From positions 1-51,984 of the forward strand of contig JBNJGZ010000001.1 of assembly GCA_051748065.1 (NCBI GenBank): 51,984 nucleotides of DNA, written 5' to 3'. The DNA comes from Bacteroidota bacterium. Lineage in GTDB: Bacteria; Bacteroidota; Bacteroidia; Bacteroidales; PWNQ01. Positions 18,823 to 26,451 of the stretch are shown piece after piece. The notes below the pieces were generated by a model, which was not told where the DNA came from, did no database searches, and worked only from the letters and a program-made list of their open reading frames with translations. Each line of letters opens with the position of its first letter. The first letter of the stretch is position 1. The translations under genes and the position numbers were made by a program.

Positions 18823-19716
18823 ATGGCGAATTTAAAAGAAGTACGTAACCGGATAGCTTCTGTCAAAAATACTGAGCAGATTACCAGTGCTATGAAAATG
18901 GTCTCTGCCTCGAAGCTCAGAAAAGGACAGAATGCCCTGTTGAAGATGCGACCTTATGATGAAAAGTTGCAGGAAATTATGCAACATATTTCCTCTGATT
19001 CATCTGTCAGGTCAGCTTATGCTAAGGAGCGTGAAAAAAACAAAGTGCTGTTGATTGTCATAGCCTCGAACAGAGGCTTATGTGGAGCTTTTAATACCAA
19101 TGTTATTGAAAAAGCGGAAGATGTTATTGCGAAAAAGTTTTCAGAACAAAAAAACAATAACAGATTGTATATATATGCGGTGGGAAAAAAAGTAATTCAG
19201 CATTTTGCTCAGTCAAATTATCAGGTTATCGGAAACGATGAGGATATGATTGAGAAGCCCACTTTTGAAGGGGTTAAAAGCATGGCTGAGAAATTGATGC
19301 AGAGTTTTGTGGCCGGCGAATATGATCATATCGAATTTGTGTATAACAGGTTTAAAAATGCCGCGACTCAGATCTTGACCTCGGAAAAGTTCTTGCCTGT
19401 TGTTTCAGAAGAAAACAATGAGGACGGAAACGATAAGACGAGTCAGTCCATTGAAACGGAATATATTTATGAGCCTGATAAGGAGCAAATTATAAAAGAA
19501 TTGGTGCCCAAGATACTGAAACTTCAGTTTTACAAACTATTTCTCGAGTCTCACGCTGCTGAACATGGGGCCCGCATGACAGCCATGCATCAGGCAACGG
19601 AAAATGCAAAAGACTTGTTGCGTGAACTGCGACTATCTTACAATAAAGCAAGACAAGCCGCGATTACAAATGAAATTATGGAGATTACAAGCGGTGCAAA
19701 TGCTTTGCGTGATTAA
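18823..19716 (+). CDS. atpG: F0F1 ATP synthase subunit gamma
   Basis: MANLKEVRNRIASVKNTEQITSAMKMVSASKLRK at the N-terminus and ITNEIMEITSGANAL at the C-terminus. Confidence 0.96.
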   Translation: MANLKEVRNRIASVKNTEQITSAMKMVSASKLRKGQNALLKMRPYDEKLQEIMQHISSDSSVRSAYAKEREKNKVLLIVIASNRGLCGAFNTNVIEKAEDVIAKKFSEQKNNNRLYIYAVGKKVIQHFAQSNYQVIGNDEDMIEKPTFEGVKSMAEKLMQSFVAGEYDHIEFVYNRFKNAATQILTSEKFLPVVSEENNEDGNDKTSQSIETEYIYEPDKEQIIKELVPKILKLQFYKLFLESHAAEHGARMTAMHQATENAKDLLRELRLSYNKARQAAITNEIMEITSGANALRD

Positions 19717-19770
19717 TACTGAACATTTCATAAATTGGCTTGTTTAAATCTTAAACAAAAAAGAAAAATT

Positions 19771-20283
19771 ATGCTAACAAAAAAGATGGAAAAAGCTCTA
19801 AATGAGCAAATTAACAAGGAATTATGGTCAGCTTATCTGTATTTATCAATGGCTGCCTATTTTGAAGATAACAATTTGCCCGGATTTGCCAATTGGATGC
19901 GGGTACAATATCATGAAGAAGTTACCCATGGGATGAAGATATTTGATTATATAAATGACCGTGGTGGCCGTGTTCTTTTGAAACCAATTATGGAAGTGCC
20001 TACAGAATGGGCCGATACTCGTACGGTGATTGAAGAAACACTCAAACATGAGCGTGTAGTTACTGAATCCATTAATGATCTGGTAAATCTGGCTGTTCAG
20101 GAAAAAGACCATGCGACCAACAACATGTTGCAGTGGTTTGTAGGTGAGCAGGTAGAAGAAGAAGCCAATGCAGATGAACTATTGAATAAAGTAGAGATGA
20201 CCGAAGGTAAACCTCATGCGCTTATGATGATCGATAAGGAGCTGGCCGGGCGTCAGTTTGTTGATGAAACTCAACAACAATAA
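19771..20283 (+). CDS. ftnA: Non-haem ferritin
   Basis: Ferroxidase-centre pattern: NEQINKELWSAYLYLSMAAYF ... HEEVTHGMK ... EQVEEE. ATG 19771 lies inside the tracked TTG ORF 19735..20283. It starts only 55 nt after atpG, and I see no intervening hairpin. Confidence 0.9.
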   Translation: MLTKKMEKALNEQINKELWSAYLYLSMAAYFEDNNLPGFANWMRVQYHEEVTHGMKIFDYINDRGGRVLLKPIMEVPTEWADTRTVIEETLKHERVVTESINDLVNLAVQEKDHATNNMLQWFVGEQVEEEANADELLNKVEMTEGKPHALMMIDKELAGRQFVDETQQQ

Positions 20284-20311
20284 TAAGAATAAATAGCCCC
20301 ACTTACTGAGT

Positions 20312-20385
20312 TAGTGCCTGCTTTTAATGGGAATTAACGTAGCTTTGAAGAAGTTATCAAATTTTAACATTAAGATCAGGCACTA
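20312..20385 (+). terminator. 9-bp perfect inverted repeat (TAGTGCCTG ... CAGGCACTA) enclosing 56 nt, followed by TTT; possible ferritin/atp operon terminator
   Basis: The arms are at 20312-20320 and 20377-20385. An inner TAATG/CATTA pairing lies at 20325-20329 and 20368-20372. It starts 29 nt after the ferritin stop. The U-tract is weak. Confidence 0.35.
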
Positions 20386-20403
20386 TTTAGTGTATGCTGA
20401 AAA

Positions 20404-20496
20404 AGGCTGTAGTGCATCAGATACAAGGCGGCAAGGTGAAGCGGTATATGAATACTGCGAGCCGATGCCAACGCAGTAGATGATGTGCTACAGGCT
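20404..20496. other. 93-nt GC-rich compound hairpin: candidate structured RNA or oversized terminator
   Basis: Outer stem 20404-20418 / 20482-20496: 15 positions, with one mismatch and two G.U pairs. Middle stem GGCGGC (20427-20432) / GCC-gat-GCC (20461-20469). Apical stem GCGGTAT-atga-ATACTGC (20441-20458) with one G.U pair. AAAAA at 20400-20404 gives a U-run only for a minus-strand transcript. The three G.U pairs exist only on the plus strand. Confidence 0.6.
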
Positions 20497-20620
20497 AACA
20501 AAATATTGACTCAAAGAAATGCAAAGTTTTTTGAAAGTAATTGTCTAAAAACTTTTTTTATAAACAATTAACCTTTATAAAATATACAATATCAGTTTAT
20601 TTTGTGTTTTTCAGCAGGCA

Positions 20621-21235
20621 CTATTTATTTTCTTCAATGATTTTGACAAGCTTTTCATACCATTCCTTGCCATATTTCCGCGTCAAAGCATCTTTAGTAA
20701 ATTTATACAATGAAATATTATCTTTTCGTCCAAATTTTCTTGCCGGATCGCATATATCCCAATGGTGATAATTAACTGCATCACGATTATTGAAGGTAGA
20801 AATCCGGATTGGATAAAGGTGACATGAAACCGGCTTTTGAAAAGTTATTTTGCCTTCCTGCCAGGCTTTTTCAATAGCACAGAGTGCTATCCCGTTTTTA
20901 AAGTAAGCAAAAGCACATTCTTCCCCATTTACCAAAGGAGCAACAAAGTTACCTTCTTCATCATACTCAATGACACCGTGATTTTCGATTACTTCAATTC
21001 CTTCTTGCCTCATGTATGGTTTGATATCCTCCATTAAGTCTTCAATAATTCCAACTTCTTCTGCTTCAAGAGGAGCTCCGGAGTCTCCCAGAACACAACA
21101 ATTGCCTTTGCATTTTTGTAGATCGCAACAGAAGAATTCCTCTGACAGAAAATCCGATATCAAAATATCATCAACAACAATCATATCGTTTATTTTGGCT
21201 GCGAAAGTAATGGTTTTTTTTACTTCAACTTTCAT
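20621..21235 (-). CDS. DUF3109-family Cys-rich protein
   Basis: FFCCDLQKCKGNCCVLGDSGAPLEAEE Cys cluster, and a later CAIEKAW ... VSCHLYPIR. The start is uncertain: the tracked ORF begins with TTG at 21334. In-frame ATGs lie at 21286, 21265, 21235 and 21184; the last gives MIVVDDILISD, my recollection of the usual family N-terminus. Confidence 0.75.
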   Translation of the reverse strand: MKVEVKKTITFAAKINDMIVVDDILISDFLSEEFFCCDLQKCKGNCCVLGDSGAPLEAEEVGIIEDLMEDIKPYMRQEGIEVIENHGVIEYDEEGNFVAPLVNGEECAFAYFKNGIALCAIEKAWQEGKITFQKPVSCHLYPIRISTFNNRDAVNYHHWDICDPARKFGRKDNISLYKFTKDALTRKYGKEWYEKLVKIIEENK

Positions 21236-21394
21236 GGATGAAAAATTTGCAGAGGAACTTGTCATTTGATATGCTTCATTTTGCATGATCCTGATAGTTA
21301 AACGGCTTTTGATCCCTTCGGGATTTGTCCCCAATAATTTTATAGACCCGTTTTTTCAAATACAATAAGTCCATAATTAGAGTCCGGAATTTAT

Positions 21395-21402
21395 TATTTT
21401 TG
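21395..21402 (+). promoter_or_regulatory. -7 box TATTTTTG
   Basis: Exact TAnnTTTG, 21 nt upstream of the trpS ATG at 21423. Confidence 0.55.
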
Positions 21403-21422
21403 CAACTTAAAATGAGTGTGAA

Positions 21423-22421
21423 ATGGACAAAATTGTAAGCGGTATAAGACCAACAGGGAATCTGCATCTGGGAAATTATTTCGGGGCAGTCAAGAATTTT
21501 TTACGATTACAGGAAGAGCATAATTGTTATTTCTTTATAGCAGATTATCATTCTCTTACGACACATCCGACACCCGGGGATTTAACAGAAAGTGTTAAAA
21601 ATGTTTTGGTTGAATATTTAGCTTGTGGCTTGGATCCGGAAAAAGCGACTATTTATCTACAAAGTGATGTGCAGGAAGTTGCGGAATTATATCTTTTGTT
21701 AAATATGAATGCTTACATGGGCGAGTTGCAACGTGTAGCTTCCTTCAAGGAAAAAGCCCGCAAACAACCACAAAATATCAATGCAGGACTTTTAACCTAT
21801 CCGGTGCTTATGGCTGCAGATATCTTATTACATCATGCTTCTAAAGTGCCTGTAGGACAAGATCAGCAGCAGCATCTGGAGATGACGCGTACATTTGCCC
21901 GCCGCTTTAATAACATGTATAAAGTAGATTATTTTCCGGAACCCGAAGCTTATAATTTTGGCGATAACCTCATCAAAGTACCGGGATTGGATGGAAGCGG
22001 AAAAATGGGAAAATCGGAAACAGGTAATAATGCAATATTCCTGGCAGAAGACCTCAAAAAAACACGCAAAAAAATAATGAGAGCGGTTACGGACGCCGGT
22101 CCAACGCAAAAAGACCAGGAAAAACCGGAGGTAATACAAAACCTTTTTAAGTTGATGTCCATAGTTTCATCCGGCGATACTGTTGCCTACTTTGATGAAC
22201 AATATAACGAATGTAAGATTCGCTATGGAGACATGAAAAAACAATTGGCTGAGGATGTAGTGAGGTTTATTGAACCAATTAAGCAAAATATCGATGAATT
22301 GCATCAAAATGAAGAGTACCTGAATAAAGTTTTTGCGCGTGGGGCTGAACGAGCAAAAGAAAATGCCGGGAAAACCATCCGGCAGGTTCGTGAAATTATC
22401 GGATTCAAAAACAAGTTTTAA
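21423..22421 (+). CDS. trpS: Tryptophan--tRNA ligase
   Basis: Class I HIGH-type motif (GIRPTGNLHLGNYFG) and KMSKS-type motif (GKMGKSE). Confidence 0.96.
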   Translation: MDKIVSGIRPTGNLHLGNYFGAVKNFLRLQEEHNCYFFIADYHSLTTHPTPGDLTESVKNVLVEYLACGLDPEKATIYLQSDVQEVAELYLLLNMNAYMGELQRVASFKEKARKQPQNINAGLLTYPVLMAADILLHHASKVPVGQDQQQHLEMTRTFARRFNNMYKVDYFPEPEAYNFGDNLIKVPGLDGSGKMGKSETGNNAIFLAEDLKKTRKKIMRAVTDAGPTQKDQEKPEVIQNLFKLMSIVSSGDTVAYFDEQYNECKIRYGDMKKQLAEDVVRFIEPIKQNIDELHQNEEYLNKVFARGAERAKENAGKTIRQVREIIGFKNKF

Positions 22422-22431
22422 CGCTATTGAT

Positions 22432-22503
22432 AGTCACAGATTGCTCAATAACAAACGGGGTATTAAAAAAAATAGAATGCAATAAGACACCCTGTGACTT
22501 TTT
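22432..22503 (+). terminator. Possible trpS terminator: AGTCACAG ... CTGTGACT stem followed by T5
   Basis: The 8-bp outer stem (22432-22439 / 22492-22499) is extended by ATTGC/GCAAT (22440-22444 / 22479-22483). The loop is large. The T-run continues to 22503. Confidence 0.4.
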
Positions 22504-22603
22504 GATAAAAAATGAAACGGATCAATTCAACAAAAATCCTGGTTCAAAGCGAAAATCAAAACCCTGAAGAATAAGTATTAAGCTATATTTAAATTTTATT
22601 CCA

Positions 22604-22942
22604 ATGAAACCAGTCAAAAGTTTATTCCCTCTATTTTCATGGCTTATAAGAATTGCTATTCTATTGGCTGTATATACCCGGTTTTTTCATTTATTAAAAC
22701 CCATGAACTTTTCATCCGTTTCTTTTTATATCGCTGCTGCTTTTCATCTTTTTGCTTTATTGCTTTTCTTTGGCGGATTTGCCAAAAAGCACACTCTTAC
22801 AATCCTTTCAGGACTAATTATTGCCGGATTGTCCATTTATCAAATCTTACAATTAGGATTTGTAATAAATAATAACCTCTCTTTTTACGGATTGCTTTTA
22901 TCCGGTTCTTTACTTTTTGTAGCCATCGGCAACAAGAAATGA
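22604..22942 (+). CDS. Small polytopic membrane protein, unknown function
   Basis: 112 aa with about four hydrophobic helices. No motif recognised. Confidence 0.6.
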   Translation: MKPVKSLFPLFSWLIRIAILLAVYTRFFHLLKPMNFSSVSFYIAAAFHLFALLLFFGGFAKKHTLTILSGLIIAGLSIYQILQLGFVINNNLSFYGLLLSGSLLFVAIGNKK

Positions 22943-23149
22943 ACCGTATTCAGTAACAACCGGTTTTAAATAAAAGCGAATTTTTTTATATATAAAATTT
23001 TGACAATGAGATAAATTAATCTTATCTTTATGGTCAAAATAAGAAAGGGAATCTTAAGTAATTATAGGCGAAACGGGCAATTTGCGGCTCGATAAATTAT
23101 TTATGGAACGGGATATCAGGATTTTCTTTTGAATAAACGAGCAAAACTG

Positions 23150-23512
23150 ATGAAACGAAAACCACTTTCTATATTTACGGAATGGTTATTAAAATTGACA
23201 ATGATCAACTATTTGGCTGTTCTGATATTTCCACCCGGGAAAGTAGATATGTTAAGTAATCTTTTTTGGGCTGATTTTGGAAATATCCTACTTTTCTTGT
23301 TGTTTTTACTGTTGGCTTTGGTTGTTGCATTGCCGTCGCGTTATCCATGCCGGATAATTATTTTTTCATTATTGGGCATTTCTGCGTTATTTAAACTATT
23401 CTTGCTACTTTATGAGTTTACTTCGTGGAGCGAGTTTTCATTATTCCTGTTGCTTTTTGCAATTGCTGTTTTTTACCTTGGGCGAATGTATGCCTACAGA
23501 AAAATAGAATAA
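23150..23512 (+). CDS. Small polytopic membrane protein, unknown function
   Basis: ORF 23129..23512 (TTG); the first ATG is at 23150. About four hydrophobic helices. The N-terminus weakly resembles that of the preceding ORF. Confidence 0.55.
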   Translation: MKRKPLSIFTEWLLKLTMINYLAVLIFPPGKVDMLSNLFWADFGNILLFLLFLLLALVVALPSRYPCRIIIFSLLGISALFKLFLLLYEFTSWSEFSLFLLLFAIAVFYLGRMYAYRKIE

Positions 23513-23619
23513 ATTGTGAACAAAAGCTTTATTTGTATGCTTTTTTTACGAAGTGTATTAATTATCAACCGAAATTTCAGAACTTTGTAGCCAAAATTTT
23601 TTAGAGATTGGAATAGGAT

Positions 23620-24816
23620 ATGTTAGATAAAAAGATAACGGAACAGACGGGAGAACGCGTTGTTCTGGTTGGGTTAATTACTGGTAAGGAAGATAAATAC
23701 AGGATAGATGAGTATCTGGATGAACTTGAGTTTCTTGTAGAGACAGCCGGAGGGAAGGTTTATGAACGTTTTACGCAGCAGTTAGATAAACCCAATCCAC
23801 GGACATTTGTCGGAACCGGAAAAATAAATGAAATAAAGTCATATATCCTGGAGCATCAAATGGATACGGTAGTGTTTGATGATGAACTGACGCCCTCACA
23901 AATGCGAAATATTGAAAAAGAGTTTAAATGTAAAATATTAGACCGTACGAATTTAATCCTGGATATATTTGCTAATCGTGCGCGTACGTCTCATGCCAAG
24001 GTTCAGGTAGAACTGGCCCAGTATGAGTATTTATTGCCGCGGCTGACTGGAATGTGGACCCACCTGTCTAAACAAAAAGGGGGCATTGGCATGAAAGGTC
24101 CCGGAGAAAGAGAAATCGAGACGGATCGACGGATTGTGCGCGATAAAATTACACGGCTAAAGAGACAACTGCAACAAATTGATAAACAGAAGGCAACACA
24201 AAGAAAAAACAGGGGGAAATTAGTGCGGGTAGCTTTGGTAGGCTATACGAATGTAGGCAAATCTACGCTGATGAATTTATTGAGTAAGTCTAAAATATTT
24301 GCTGAAGATAAATTATTTGCTACCCTGGATACTACAGTGCGAAAAGTAGCTGTTGGTAATCTGCCGTTTCTGGTATCCGATACGGTTGGATTTATCCGGA
24401 AATTGCCCCATAGTCTGGTGGAGTCCTTTAAATCCACCCTTGACGAGATCAGGGAATCGGATATTATTGTCCATATTGTGGATGTATCACATTATAATTT
24501 TGAAGAACAGATTAACGTTGTTGACCAGACATTAGCTGAAATTGACAGTAGTGAAAAAGAATATATCCTTGTATTCAATAAAATAGATGCATATCCATCG
24601 GTAGAAAAGGATTTTGAAATGCTTGTGGAAACAGATAAAAAGGAATATGTACCTTTGTCAGAGTTAAAGAAGACCTGGATGGCTAATGAAAACTATCCGG
24701 TTTTGTTTATATCAGCGAAGAACAAAATAAATATTGACGAATTACGGGATACACTCTATAAAAAAGTGCGAAAAATCCATACACAGCGATATCCCTATGA
24801 TGATTTTTTATATTAA
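23620..24816 (+). CDS. hflX: GTPase HflX
   Basis: HflX N-terminal domain with a glycine-rich segment (QKGGIGMKGPGEREIETDRR), and G-domain motifs GYTNVGKSTLMN, DTVGF and NKID. Confidence 0.95.
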   Translation: MLDKKITEQTGERVVLVGLITGKEDKYRIDEYLDELEFLVETAGGKVYERFTQQLDKPNPRTFVGTGKINEIKSYILEHQMDTVVFDDELTPSQMRNIEKEFKCKILDRTNLILDIFANRARTSHAKVQVELAQYEYLLPRLTGMWTHLSKQKGGIGMKGPGEREIETDRRIVRDKITRLKRQLQQIDKQKATQRKNRGKLVRVALVGYTNVGKSTLMNLLSKSKIFAEDKLFATLDTTVRKVAVGNLPFLVSDTVGFIRKLPHSLVESFKSTLDEIRESDIIVHIVDVSHYNFEEQINVVDQTLAEIDSSEKEYILVFNKIDAYPSVEKDFEMLVETDKKEYVPLSELKKTWMANENYPVLFISAKNKINIDELRDTLYKKVRKIHTQRYPYDDFLY

Positions 24817-24995
24817 ATAGTGTTTGTCCATAATGTCCGATATCTGCGTTGTTGCTCAAATTTTAAATCCTCTAATCCGCCGGCTGGCGGATACTGCGGT
24901 TTAAAATTTTCGCACGCCCCCGATAAATGCGGGGCAGGCCTTGATCTCGAACATTCTGAATCAAACACTCGACTTTATAGACAGACAGTAAATAG
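24814..24995 (+). repeat. MITE-like non-coding repeat, copy 1 (terminal inverted repeats, central GC hairpin, flanked by TAAATAG direct repeats)
   Basis: It aligns over its whole length to the reverse complement of 37556-37716. TIRs are TAGTGTTTGTCCATAA (24818-24833) and, at the right end, the reverse complement of TACTGTCTGTCTATAA. The central palindrome ATCCGCC-ggct-GGCGGAT is at 24875-24892. A 7-bp TAAATAG lies at 24814-24820 and again at 24989-24995. A ~23-nt insertion (24918-24940) with its own GC hairpin is present relative to copy 2. Confidence 0.85.
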
Positions 24996-25069
24996 CGTAG
25001 TATATTAAAAACTAATGTATCAGGCGGTAATTATCCTGCTATTTTTACATTATTAAAAAGAAAAGATAT

Positions 25070-26407
25070 ATGAACATTATTATTGCCGGAGACGGAGAGG
25101 TAGGATTTCATCTGGCGAAATTGCTTACAAATGATCAACATAATATAACGATCGTGGATCAAAACCGGGAGCTGTTGAAGATGGTCGAGTCTGATGCAGA
25201 CCTTCTTGCAATTACAGGTGATTCTACTTCCATAGATACGTTAAAACAAGCCCGTGTGCAATCAGCCGATTTATTGTTGTCAGTGGTTCATGATGAGCGA
25301 ACAAATATCCTGACAGGCATATTAGGAAAAAAATTAGGGGCGAAGCGTACTATTGCCAGGGTTAATAATCCGGAATACCTTACAAAACAAAACAAAACGA
25401 TGTTCCAGGAGTTAGGAATTGACTCTCTTGTAAGCCCGGAAGGTATTGCAGTAAAGGAAATCGTGAATCTCTTAAGCCAGTCTGCTGTAAGTGAAACTTT
25501 TGAATTTTCACATGGGAAACTATCCTTGTTTTCCATTCCTTTGAATAAAAATGCAAAGGTTATCGGCAAAACCATGATCGATATCAATAAAGAATATGGC
25601 AGTTTAGGATTTCGGGCTGTGGCTATCCGGCGCGAAGGACAAACAATTATTCCCAGAGGTACGGATTCCTTTGAACTGAATGATACGGCTTATGTCATTT
25701 CCAAACCGGATTCCGTAAAAAAAGTTTTCGAACTCGCCGGCATCCAAAAAGTACCCATTCGGAAAATAATGATCATCGGCGGTGGCCGTATTGGGCGCTT
25801 TACAGCACGTAAATTGGAGGAAAAAATCTCCATCAAATTAATCGATAAAGATGAAAAAAGGTGCTCCGATCTATCCGATATTTTAGATGAAACTTTGATC
25901 ATCAATGGCGATGCGCGCGATATGAAGCTTCTTCAGGATGAGGGAATCCGTAATATTGATGCGTTTATTGCTGTTACGGATGACTCGGAAACAAATATTT
26001 TAACTTCTTTGCTTGCAAAGCGTTATGGAGTGAAAAAGATTATTTCCCTTGTAGAAAATATTGAATATATAGATATTGCCCAAAGTATAGGTATAGACAC
26101 CATTATCAATAAAAAGCTTATAACAGCAAGCTATATTACACGATTTACAAAGAAAGCCGAAGTTTCTAACCTGAAGTGTTTAAGTGGCATAGATGCGGAA
26201 GTACTTGAATTTGTTGCAAAGCCTAATTCTCCGGTAACGAAAAAACCACTAAAAAAATTACGGTTTCCTGAAAATGCAATTATTGGCGGTGTGATTCGGG
26301 AAAAAGAAAGTTTGATTGCAGTCGGGGACTTACAAATTAAGCCCGAAGACCATGTGGTTGTTTTTGCTTTGCCCAATGCTAAATCAAAAGTTAATCGCTT
26401 TTTTTAG
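25070..26407 (+). CDS. trkA: Trk potassium uptake system NAD-binding subunit TrkA
   Basis: Two tandem RCK-N/RCK-C units, each opening with a Rossmann GxGxxG (IIIAGDGEVGFHLAK; IMIIGGGRIGRFTA). Confidence 0.93.
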   Translation: MNIIIAGDGEVGFHLAKLLTNDQHNITIVDQNRELLKMVESDADLLAITGDSTSIDTLKQARVQSADLLLSVVHDERTNILTGILGKKLGAKRTIARVNNPEYLTKQNKTMFQELGIDSLVSPEGIAVKEIVNLLSQSAVSETFEFSHGKLSLFSIPLNKNAKVIGKTMIDINKEYGSLGFRAVAIRREGQTIIPRGTDSFELNDTAYVISKPDSVKKVFELAGIQKVPIRKIMIIGGGRIGRFTARKLEEKISIKLIDKDEKRCSDLSDILDETLIINGDARDMKLLQDEGIRNIDAFIAVTDDSETNILTSLLAKRYGVKKIISLVENIEYIDIAQSIGIDTIINKKLITASYITRFTKKAEVSNLKCLSGIDAEVLEFVAKPNSPVTKKPLKKLRFPENAIIGGVIREKESLIAVGDLQIKPEDHVVVFALPNAKSKVNRFF

Positions 26408-26451
26408 TTAGAAAGATCAATAATAATTTAACTTTGTTATAGCAGACAGGA

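Noticed and set aside
20404-20496. Compound hairpin considered as SRP (4.5S) RNA, as an integron attC site, or as a retron msr/msd
   Set aside because: It lacks the near-universal SRP domain IV sequence (GGAA tetraloop with flanking AGCAGCC and CAGG loops). GGCTAAC is only a one-mismatch R-box, with no matching GTTRRRY partner. No reverse transcriptase or integrase gene lies nearby.
20499-20525. Putative minus-strand promoter (TTTG ... TATTTTG) that would drive the compound hairpin as a standalone sRNA
   Set aside because: The -7 element is one T short of TAnnTTTG. The spacing to the TTTG is about 16 nt rather than about 19-21 nt. The hairpin's G.U pairs also argue against minus-strand function.
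24820-25008. 62-aa ORF (GTG start) between hflX and trkA
   Set aside because: It lies entirely within the MITE-like repeat. The reading frame is not conserved in copy 2 because of an indel and substitutions. It has a Cys/Gly-rich junk composition and no promoter box.
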